Source of the DNA: Phoronis australis
Lineage: Eukaryota > Animalia > Phoronida
NCBI GenBank assembly: GCA_002633005.1
Contig: NMRA01000626.1
Coordinates: 172,547-236,546, forward strand
DNA: 64,000 nucleotides
Direction of reading: 5' to 3'
This document shows positions 1-11,800 of this stretch, piece by piece. The notes below the pieces were generated by a model, which worked only from the letters and a program-made list of their open reading frames with translations, did no database searches and had not been told where the DNA came from. The position numbers were made by a program, and so were the translations under genes. Each line of letters opens with the position of its first letter. Positions within the stretch are counted from its first letter, which is position 1.

Positions 1-1318
1 TACTTCTCGTAGTAAGTTTAGCAACAGAGTTGTTAAATGTGATGAAGATTCCAACAAATGAATGATCCTGAGTTGTTTGTTCAATGTCTGGGTAATTCTT
101 CAAAAGATACAAATAAGACGTCCTTTCTAAGACGCCTAACAGTGAAAATTGGAACTTAGTCTGGAATCAAACTGGACAAGCAATTCAATGATGTGGAAGA
201 CGAATCAGTCAATCCTGCAAATTACAATTATTGTAATTTTCAAAAAATTCTAGATTCGTTGAAATTCATCTCACTGTCCATATCGTAGAAACACCAAAAT
301 CCTAAACACCTAATGGAACACACACAAAAATTAAGCGCTTTAATTAATGTACGATGTCATATTTACAAAACTGTATACTACATGTATTTACAAGGTACAT
401 GTGCTTCGTTACCTAGCTCAGACCCCCATAAGAGAGACTTAAGGGATTCTACGTCAAACTGCTGCTTTTTCATGTACAGAGTATTTAGGAAATGTTCAAT
501 TTCATTGAAACATGGAAACATGTCTTGCCAACAGTAGTCCTGGCATACTGTATGTACTTGTCATAGGAAATGCTATGTTTATGTGTTAGTCTGGAATATT
601 TTATTGTTACTCGAGAGCCTAATAGAAATTTGATTAGTTCAAGAGAGAGCTAAAAGAAAAAATCTCACGTTTTCCTGGGAGAGCCATCCCTTGGAAAATA
701 CAAGCTTTAAGGTCATTCTAAACACCCTCATTTATCCAGGCCTTCCTATAGTTATTCACAAAAAAGTAAAGTAGGAACAGAGATAGTGACCATTGAATGT
801 TGAATTTATGAAGATGTGATTTGCACAAACTTATGTTGGGTTATGCCTCAACCTTACAATCTGGAAAGAAATCGCAATGCAAATATAAAAACTGAGTGAA
901 AGAAAATTGAACTGAAATGCTACCGTAATCATAAAATGAAGGTGGAATAATTTGAGAAAAAAGAAGCACAAAGTAGGAACAAGTCCAAAAGGTAGGAAAT
1001 TATAAACTAGTTTGGAAGCTTGATTTGTTGGCAAGTTAGGAATTAAAAACAATGAGGGTTTAACGCAAGAGTTTGTAGAACTACCACTGGCTAGTATATT
1101 TCTAGTGGATCTTGGTGTGTCAAGTTTAAAGTTGTTCATCTTTGAATTAATTTACATCGAATAAATTAAGTAATGAGGATTTTTTATTCTACTGATTTGC
1201 CACATATAATGCATTTAGTAACTACGAATGAATGAAGACCTTGATACTGTTCACAAGGTGGCTCTGTGAAAAACTAATTTTGTTTAAAGTACATTTTAAA
1301 GCAGTCATGAGGATACAG

Positions 1319-2112
1319 GGTACCTAAACTACTAGGTTAACTGACTGCTAAAGGGTGTAGGACGCAAAAACATGACTCGCATAAACAACATTCACTGACT
1401 CGCATTCACAGGATTGGCTACCAAAACATGACCCATTCACCCAAAACACAGTCTTGGCCTCACATTCACGTAGAAACGCGGACCGCCAAACCTGGTTCAC
1501 TCCAATAAAGCATGCCAAATGCATGGTCATGGACTCGTCAGCTTCCTGAGTGGGTAAGTAGTGCGAAATAGTGATTATTACTACGCAGAAAGGGAATTGA
1601 TCAACCTTCTTGTATTTGGCAACACCCTTGCCTACAAGCTTGTTTTAAGTACAACTTAAAATTTGAACAAACAAATATTTCAAGTCGTGCTAAAATCCAT
1701 TTCAGAGGTTCTTTTCTTACTGCGCATCAACTTAATAGTAAACAGGTCATAAACATCAACATCAATAAACTGTAGAACAAATGAGCAATTTAAATAATGT
1801 TTATTGTTTCTAATTTACAACAATTGCATCACATTACAGACGGTCATATGATCAAAATTATACTTAATTTCGAACCCATTACACAGCTGTCAAAGCAGAC
1901 TTCCACATTTTATCTGTAAACTGAGTTTGGCGCTCCGTGTAATGTTTCTACGTCAATGTGAGTCGGTGACCTTGTATTTTGGCTTAATGGGTCATGTTTT
2001 GAGAGGTCCATCCTGTGTATGCCAGCCAGTTAACAGTGTTTGCAGTATGCGAGTCATGTTTTTGCATCGGACACTGTGTTTAGCAGTCTGATAACCGTGT
2101 AGTTAAGGTATC
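1319..2112. mobile_element. Old, diverged palindromic MITE (long inverted arms ~1319-1500 and ~1915-2112); same family as 51211-51664
   Basis: GGTACCTAAACTAC...GGACCGCCAAAC on the left; GTTTGGCG...GTAGTTAAGGTATC on the right. Confidence 0.7.
1800..1805 (-). terminator. Candidate distal polyadenylation signal (AATAAA) of EXOC4
   Basis: TTTATT on + strand, followed on the minus strand by T/GT-rich sequence. Confidence 0.4.
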
Positions 2113-2552
2113 TTTGGATACTTCTCCCATGAAAGTGAACAGGCTTCTGTTCTCAATTTATTCAAATACCAAAAAGAGGCCGATTCTATATCACTGTGCC
2201 ACCTAGTGAATTTCAAGAATTCATTGTCCTGGTGCAGCAACAAACTGTCAGTGTTCAAATTGATAGCAATACAGCTGTTATTATGAAATATACATAACAT
2301 CACATTCAACAAAACTCGAACAGTGACACTGATGAACACAAGCCTTGGGGATAATGTCAAATCTACATATCTGTTACCAATTTCTTCTTCTGGCTGTTAC
2401 CAGCTTCAGTTTACTGCTTTCAGACTCTAGTACATTACTGGAGATATTTTTTGACAACCAGAAAGGCAAGATGAATTGTTTTCCAACTATTAGCCAGTTG
2501 TTTATAAATTAAATAGAGACAGTGTGCAAGAAGGATTCCCGGCCACAACATC

Positions 2553-2558
2553 TTTATT
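2553..2558 (-). terminator. Candidate proximal polyadenylation signal (AATAAA) of EXOC4
   Basis: TTTATT on + strand, about 155 nt downstream of the stop codon. Confidence 0.4.
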
Positions 2559-2712
2559 CCATGCGATTACTGAAATCACATGGTGACCAAAGCAACAAGT
2601 CACAGCAGCACCATATATGATTCCTAGTGAAGACGCCCTTCAAGAATAAATAATGCAAGAGACTTCACATGCAAAACCTGTGCCACGAAACACTCTAACT
2701 GCAAGAGATGCC

Positions 2713-2883
2713 TCACACGTGATGAATGTGCTGCTCACGAATGACACTCCTCAATTTCTCTTTCTGTTTCTCAAACAGCTTCACGTTGGCTCCCGGGGTA
2801 CTCCTGTTGAGTAGACTCATGGCGTCCAGATATTCAAGCTCACTAAATTGAGCACCCTGCTCCATGACCTGGGCCAAGATTTC
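2713..2883 (-). CDS. EXOC4: EXOC4 last coding exon: [28 protein letters not shown]...EQHIHHV*
   Basis: 171 nt, phase 0, ends in TGA at 2713-2715; ELEY motif. Confidence 0.92.
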   Translation of the reverse strand, partial: EILAQVMEQGAQFSELEYLDAMSLLNRSTPGANVKLFEKQKEKLRSVIREQHIHHV

Positions 2884-5800
2884 CTAAAGACAAAAGCCAA
2901 AATTTTTCACGGAATGACATGATTGGCTAATCAATTACATGATTGCGTATTAAAGAAACTTTAATCCACTTTTCGTCTAACTTTTGATTCAAGGCACGAA
3001 CCATAATGAATATATCTTTTCTTGTTGTTTACTCAACTTGGAGATGATTCATGGGTTTGGGACAACTGAGAGATCACATCGCCAATGAACCCCCCGTGAG
3101 TGGTCTACCACACAAATGGTGTCGACAGTGAGGTAGCTAGGGGTCTATGCAGGAATATTTGTGCATGACTTTCATATTTATCAATCCAGTGAAGCGCACT
3201 ATGGCTTTCAAACCATAATATTGATGAGATCTAGCTTGCTTGCGAGCATTGAGGGTAAACAACACAACAACCATTTAACATTGAAAGGTATTGTCAGATT
3301 TGTTACCTGCATAAACAAATTAGTTAAGAACCATCTTTAAAATGAAAAAATCCGACCACAATCCGTATTTTCCTAATAATGACTACTTCATTGTGAGCTC
3401 ACTATTCAAGTTGACCAATCTTGTATTCTCAACTGGTCATTCAAGTGATCTAAATGAAAATTTATGATGGCCATGGGGGTGGGGGCTTTATGGCCACTTC
3501 AACAGTCATATAGGCACATCATAACAAATCGTCAATGTTTTCAAAATCGAGGGTACAAAATTACACACATCCCTTCTATTTCAGAGAATGCAAACAGTTA
3601 ACAGTTGCCTTGGGTTTCACAAGAATTATTACACAAAGCACTTCACAGTAACTTTAATATTCAATAATTTGTGCATGCTGGTTCCAGTATATAGTGTTTT
3701 GAAACAACAGCTGTGTCTTAGAAATTGAAAGTTAAATGAAATTAAAATGTCCTTTTCTTGGGACCAACGAAGGCAGAAAACAATACACAAAACTGAGATG
3801 GAACTTCACTGAAAACTACACTGTCTCAGGCTGGACACCAAACAACCATTGGCTTGTGTATCAAGAGGCTTTCAAGCAGTGAGTAATGACTTCTAAAACA
3901 TGTCCTACAATGGCTTTATGTCAGACTGTCTATGACCGAGTTCACCATTAATTACTAATTATTGACTATGATGTGTACGTACGCCGGGGTTTGAGTAGAG
4001 CAGTTCATAATATTGTCGGGCGTGGTCCAGATCAGCTTCTCGTGACATTGTAATGTTGGTCAGCTGCTGCTGGACGGCAAAAATGTTACGGCACCTGAAG
4101 TAAGACCAAATCATGAGTAAACAAAAAGACACATGCGGTAATTCTCCACTAATTTTGCACAACATGAATTAATATTTTTTCCAATAGCTGGGTTACGTAA
4201 ACTTACAACTTTGTAGTTGCTTGGTGTGCAAAGTTAACTGAGTAACCAAGCATCGTCAACTGTCGTGTGTGAATTTGACGGAATGTGGCCTACAGGTTGC
4301 CAACGTGATCCATTTAACAGAATGTGGCCTACAGGTTGCCAACGTGATCCATTTAACAGAATGTGGCCTACAGGTTGCCAACGTAATCCATTTAACAGAA
4401 TGTGGCCTACAAGTTGCCAATGTAATCCATTTAACAGAATGTGGCCTACAAGTTGCCAATGTGATCCATTTAACAGAATGTGGCCTACAAGTTGCCAATG
4501 TGATCCATTTAACAGAATGTGGCCTACAGGTTGCCAATGTGATCCATTTAACAGTTTCCACTGCATTGTTTAAACACTCTTTGTGAAACATCTCTCATCC
4601 AGGGTCACCTTTGTCATCTCACGTTTACAGCAACATGAGAAATCCCACAGGAATGGATAATTTAAGTGGTGAATATACAATGTTACGACCTTCTTAACAT
4701 ATTATGTTACAGAGATGCATATGGCAGGGTTTTGCTTCATAATTTCCCAAGTGCATACAACTGAAGGCCTAAATATTTTTACAAATCTGCACAAAATGAG
4801 TTGAGTGAGCTAAATAAGAATTACAGACTGTACAAAATACGAACAAAAGAGAGAAAAATATTCAGTACACGCCACAAAACAATCCAGAATTCCCCGTCAC
4901 AATGGCTGAGCTTGAGCAGATTTCCCTTATCATGATGGCTGAGCACAAGTGCAATGCACTACCTGAGAAACTGGAAGGCTCCGTTGCTAATTAAGACTTC
5001 CATCCCAAAAATGACCCATAATTCCCCATAATGATTAGCAACAGTAAGCTAAACTCCTCGTCATGACGGCCGAATGCAACCACCATGCATGATACAACTT
5101 CTACCAACGGTAATAACCCTGACATTCAGGATATTTGTGCCCCTATTCGCTAATTTCTTTTACAATGCATCTAGACTTAAAAAATTCAAAGATGGCCAAT
5201 ATTGAATTTTCAATTTTAAAAACAGAAATGTTGGTCATTTGCCTTACTTTAGTTTGTTTACTTTGAAATTCATACGCTAAACAGGAGTGTTGATTTACGA
5301 TTAGCAGTTAACTCATCCAACACTTTCAGCCAAGCCCCTGAATAGTGAGTAGCTCACTTCAATCTGTGACAACACCATCAAGCCTTTAATGTGCCGAGGA
5401 TTTCACTGGATACTCTAAGGTAAACAGTGCATGCTTTCTCGTCTACTTGTGTGCAAATCCTGTTAGCGTAAGATTTGACTAATGTGGTCAGAGTATATGG
5501 AACAATGGGTCACTACTCATCATGACACTGAAATGAAATTTTGTTCAATATTTTGGCATGTACTGTAGGGCCAACCGTTAAATAATTGAAGAAACTGCTT
5601 GACCAGTAGGCCTACCATTACATTGCATGCCATTGGTCAGATTTACATCACTTTGTAAAACAATCAGTGTGGATCACCGCAGAAGTGTATGCTACTTACA
5701 TCTTTTTTACCCCGTTGTCATTAATGCGCTTTAAGTGATGAGTACTGGCCACCAAAATTGAGGCCACCAGGTGGCCAAGTCCCTCAAACATATACCTGAA

Positions 5801-8800
5801 ATAATGAGACAACTCAAGTATCAGACATTGCTGCATATTTTGAACTTAACTCGCAGACACTGCTCTGGTTTGTGTAACTATCAACTTAGTCTCAGTAAAA
5901 ACAGCCTCTGTTTTCAGAAAACATGTTCAACACGGACAAGCTTCTCTTGATAATTAAATGTAATTGACAGTCACAAGATGGTTCTTCTCAAAGATATCGT
6001 TTGTAAAATAGATACGAGTCTGTTGAAACTAAAATGTTGCACGTTTTCACTTTCTATCTACTGAAAATGATACGAGTACAATCATGGCACCTCACACAGG
6101 TTCTCATATTGCCAAACCCAAAATTAGTAACTGTCTTTTTGGGTTATTGCAACTCCACATCTTACTGTTAATAAAATTAAGACTAAATATTATTTGTGGA
6201 TGCTTGTCTCTTTTTCTATCTTTTTCAAATTAGTCTACTTGAAACTGAAGGGCATCCATGTTTTGACATCAATTGCTTTTGAGGGAAAATTTTTTCTGGA
6301 AATGAATAGCAAAGTGCGACGAAGTGCACCGCCCCCTGTTGGCCAAGACGTACTTGAACTTGGACAGCTGCAGACTCTGGTTCAGGGCCTCTTCAATGAT
6401 TGACAAATCTCTGTTCAGTCGGATAACATTAGAGTCAGGCTCCATGTCATCTATTGCACAGTAGTAGTTGGACTGCAATCACAATACAGTATCATTAAAC
6501 TGTCAAAACAACAAATAGGTGCACACTGAAGATGAATGGATATGATCAAATAACATCCCACCTTCCAAGTTCCCAATAATGTGAAACTCCCGAAAGCGGA
6601 AAATCATAAATTAAATAAATGCACAAGGTTTTTAATTTGGTCCTGGTAAAATATCAAGTTTAGGATGCAATGCAGCACACAATATAACCAACCATTTTCA
6701 AGTTCTGTACGTTAACTACCACTTGATAATGTTTAGAAATGTGGTGGACATTCACAACCATTAAGAAGCCTTTCAAAAAATCAGTTTTGGCCAGAATATG
6801 GTCTGAAATTGGCAAGACTCTACAGAAACATAGTTTGTAGCACAGAAAGTAGCATCCTACTGACTGGTAAGGATTGAATATGACTTGCCAAGAGTAGACA
6901 ATTGCGAGTTAATAACTGTAGGAGAAACAATTTGGGCACATAAAAATGGCCACTATGTGGTGCAAAATACCCCAAATCCATCCGGAAATGGGAAGATAGT
7001 GTCATGTCTCTAATAGATGCCTATCTGCCAAATATCCTGGCGCATGAAAATCACAGACCAAGTGAGGCTGGTCGTAAAAAAGAAAGCAGGATTTCGACTC
7101 ATTTCAGCTGCCATCAGCTGATTTTCTAAGTTTTTGAAAATAAGCATTGGACAACTAAAAATAAACTAAAAATACCGCCTCAAAAATCACAGAAAATTCA
7201 CAGATCAGAACCATTTATGCTATATTTTGGCCTTAACCTGGGTTTAAGCAGAATTGTGCAAGTAAAAGTCACTCAATAACAGGCATAATCGCTGGTTGAC
7301 TTACCTGCTTGGCAACTGGCATCAGGAAAAAGAAACAGTGAACTCTGACCTCCAAGTGTAGCACAAGCAAGCAGAAATCAGCAAGTTCGCGGAAATCAGC
7401 AGCCAAGGCAACAATGGGGTCAAGGGCTGTCACTGACAGTGGAGGCTTGTCCTGAAACACATAAATGGGAAGACAATCAGATCCCAGAGTTAATAGATAG
7501 CATTACAACAAAATGATAAAGTCTAGTTTTGCCACATCTTTAAGTGTCCACAAAGTGAATACTCAGAACAGTTGATAATGCTGCCTGTCAAATGAATCCA
7601 TGAGAAAAGTGAGTAAAATTTCCTTAATGAAAAGCATCCAACATACAGCGCTGTCATGGTTGGAGACTAACACCTAAAGTAATTATTATATGACAAGTGA
7701 CATCATGGGTCTATAACATGAAAAGCATCCAACATACAGCGCTGTCATGGTTGGAGACTAACACTTAAAGTAATTATTATATGACAAGTGACATCATGGG
7801 TCTATATCATGAAAAGCATCCAACATAAAGCACTGTCATGGTTGGAGACTAACACCTAAAGTAATTATTATATGACAAGTGACATCATGGGTCTATATCA
7901 TGAAAAGCATCCAACATAGAGCGCTGTCATGGTTGGTAATTAACACCTAAAGTAATTATTATATGACAAGTGACATCATGGGTCTATATCATGAAAAGCA
8001 TCCAGCATACAGCGCTGTCATGGTTGGTAATAAACACCTAAAGTAATTATTATATGACAAGTGACATCATGATCATGGGTCTATATCATGAAAAGCATCC
8101 AACATACAGCGCTGTCATGGTTGGTAATTAACACCTAAAGTAATTATTATATGACAAGTGATATCATGGGTCTATATCATGAAAAGCATCCAACATACAG
8201 TGCTGTCATGGTTCGAGACTAACACCTAAAGTAATTATTATATGACAAGTGACATCATGGGTCTATATCATGAAAAGCATCCAACATACAGCGCTGTCAT
8301 GGTTGGTAATTAACACGTAAAGTAATTATTATATGACAAGTGACATCATGGGTCTATATCATGAAAAGCATCCAACATACAATGCTGTCATGGTTCGAGA
8401 CTAACACCTAAAGTAATTATTATATGACAAGTGACATCATGGGTCTATATCATGAAAAGCATCCAACATACAGCGCTGTCATGGTTGGTAATTAACACCT
8501 AAAGTAATTATTANNNNNNNNNNNNNNNNNNNNNNNNNNNNNNNNNNNNNNNNNNNNNNNNNNNNNNNNNNNNNNNNNNNNNNNNNNNNNNNNNNNNNNN
8601 NNNNNNNNNNNNNNNNNNNNNNNNNNNNNNNNNNNNNNNNNNNNNNNNNNNNNNNNNNNNNNNNNNNNNNNNNNNNNNNNNNNNNNNNNNNNNNNNNNNN
8701 NNNNNNNNNNNNNNNNNNNNNNNNNNNNNNNNNNNNNNNNNNNNNNNNNNNNNNNNNNNNNNNNNNNNNNNNNNNNNNNNNNNNNNNNNNNNNNNNNNNN

Positions 8801-11800
8801 NNNNNNNNNNNNNNNNNNNNNNNNNNNNNNNNNNNNNNNNNNNNNNNNNNNNNNNNNNNNNNNNNNNNNNNNNNNNNNNNNNNNNNNNNNNNNNNNNNNN
8901 NNNNNNNNNNNNNNNNNNNNNNNNNNNNNNNNNNNNNNNNNNNNNNNNNNNNNNNNNNNNNNNNNNNNNNNNNNNNNNNNNNNNNNNNNNNNNNNNNNNN
9001 NNNNNNNNNNNNNNNNNNNNNNNNNNNNNNNNNNNNNNNNNNNNNNNNNNNNNNNNNNNNNNNNNNNNNNNNNNNNNNNNNNNNNNNNNNNNNNNNNNNN
9101 NNNNNNNNNNNNNNNNNNNNNNNNNNNNNNNNNNNNNNNNNNNNNNNNNNNNNNNNNNNNNNNNNNNNNNNNNNNNNNNNNNNNNNNNNNNNNNNNNNNN
9201 NNNNNNNNNNNNNNNNNNNNNNNNNNNNNNNNNNNNNNNNNNNNNNNNNNNNNNNNNNNNAATACAATTCTTAGTAACAGGTATACTAGAGGCTATTAAG
9301 TTACTTCAGACGTATAAATACAATTCTTAGTAACAGGTATACTAGAGGCTATTAAGTTACTTCAGACGTATAAATACAATTCTTAGTAACAGGTATACTA
9401 GAGGCTATTAAGTTACTTCAGACGTATAAATACAATTCTTAGTAACAGGTATACTAGAGGCTATTAAGTTACTTCAGACGTATAAATACAATTCTTAGTA
9501 ACAGGTATACTAGAGGCTATTAAGTTACTTCAGACGTATAAATACAATTCTTAGTAACAGGTATACTAGAGGCTATTAAGTTACTTCAGACGTATAAATA
9601 CAATTCTTAGTAACAGGTATACTAGAGGCTATTAAGTTACTTCAGACGTATAAATACAATTCTTAGTAACAGGTATACTAGAGGCTATTAAGTTACTTCA
9701 GACGTATAAATACAATTCTTAGTAACAGGTATACTAGAGGCTATTAAGTTACTTCAGACGTATAAATACAATTCTTAGTAACAGGTATACTAGAGGCTAT
9801 TAAGTTACTTCAGACGTATAAATACAATTCTTAGTAACAGGTATACTAGAGGCTATTAAGTTACTTCAGACGTATAAATACAATTCTTAGTAACAGGTAT
9901 ACTAGAGGCTATTAAGTTACTTCAGACGTATAAATACAATTCTTAGTAACAGGTATACTAGAGGCTATTAAGTTACTTCAGACGTATAAATACAATTCTT
10001 AGTAACAGGTATACTAGAGGCTATTAAGTTACTTCAGACGTATAAATACAATTCTTAGTAACAGGTATACTAGAGGCTATTAAGTTACTTCAGACGTATA
10101 AATACAATTCTTAGTAACAGGTATACTAGAGGCTATTAAGTTACTTCAGACGTATAAATACAATTCTTAGTAACAGGTATACTAGAGGCTATTAAGTTAC
10201 TTCAGATGTATAAATACAATTCTTAGTAACAGGTATACTAGAGGCTATTAAGTTACTTCAGATGTATAAATACAATTCTTTTTGTGACACAGGTTCATAG
10301 AGCTAACTCTTTAAAGTTTAAGATAATACAAAAATTTTAAAAAACCTGGAGTGATAACTGTATTGAAATGTGTTTATATCCTGTAGTTACATAATATTCT
10401 ATCCTGTTGTTGTTTATGGTTTAGTAGTCATATATAATATGGTGATTGGAAAAATGCGTATGGCATAAGCGATGCTTCACTGAATTGGTATTTTCGGGTG
10501 AAATCAGTCATGTTGGAAAACGGAGGGAAGATGTCAAGGGTGGATCCTGATGTATTTTACTGGATGAATGATAGAAATGAGGTCTATGGTATACTCGCAT
10601 GTCATGTTGATGATTTTGTCTGGGGAGGTACACAAGAGTTTGAGACTGTTATTTCAAAAATTAGATCAACTTTTAAGGTTGGCAAAAAGAATAGTGATGC
10701 ATTCAAATACTGTGGGATTGAATTGCAATGCACAGGTGACAATAGGATAACTTTGCATCAGAATAAATATACGGATGATTTGTTGCAAAGTGATGTTAGT
10801 GCTAGTAGAGCTAGTGAACAGGATTCTGTGTTGACTCTGAGAATGAGAAGCATGATCTTAGGTCCAAAGTTGGGCAATTGTTGTGGTTAGCACACCAAAC
10901 TAGACCAGATTTATTGTTTGATGTTAGTGTTGTGGTATGTTAGAATTGTAGTAAGAGACAGGCATGTTAGAATTGTAGTTAGAGACAGGCATGTTAGAAT
11001 TGTAGTTAGAGACAGGCATGTTAGAATTGTAGTTAGAGACAGGCATGTTAGAATTGTAGTTAGAGACAGGCATGTTAGAATTGTAGTTAGAGACAGCCAT
11101 GTTAGAATTGTAGTTAAAAAATTAATAGACAATGTATACATGTTAGAGACAGGCATGTTAGAATTGTAGTTAGAGACAGGCATGTTAGAATCGTAGTTAG
11201 AACATTTATTGTATACATAACAGGCATGTTAGAATTGTAGTTAGAACATTTATTGTATACGTGTTAGTAAAACTATATTACATAGGTTTTGATATATGGA
11301 TTATCTTAAGGAAAAGAGAGAGTGGAATTTGATAATTATATTGGAATGTGTTTATATACTGTAGTTACATAATATTCTCACTATCCTGTTGTTGTTTGTA
11401 GTTTACTGGTTCCTGTTTTGTAGTCAGTACTGTATTAGTCATATATTCCTAGAACCTATTGACTTCCTGTACATTTCTGTATAATGATATTCTATTATTT
11501 GTTGATGTTAAAACACTTTAAGTTCGACAGCCAACTGAGCAACTTGTCTTTATCTCCAATGACTTTTCAGGAGTGTCAAAAATCCACTATTAAGTGTACA
11601 CAGTAATCCTCCTTAACTTTGCCTTTAAACCATTAGTTAACATGATTGCAGCTTCCTATAGTAGAAGAGTTAATTGCAAGTTAGGGCCTTTTCGTGTATT
11701 GTACTCAAGATCTGTGCTAAACTCTAATGCATAATTAGCTTGCAGGGCTGGCTTACAACCTTCAGTGTCATAGTTCTGAATAATAACTAAATAAATTCAG

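Noticed and set aside
1-214. Possible exon of a downstream minus-strand gene (acceptor TTTGCAG near 215)
   Set aside because: Stops in all three frames after the acceptor and no recognisable protein
8479-9267. 262-aa ORF in the ORF track
   Set aside because: Artefact of the N gap
7627-10280. Regular repeats resembling a CRISPR array
   Set aside because: Head-to-tail units with no unique spacers, no cas genes, and a eukaryotic intron context
10911-11183. Repeat ORFs (RHVRIVVRD / LTTILTCLS)
   Set aside because: Translation of the 27-bp minisatellite
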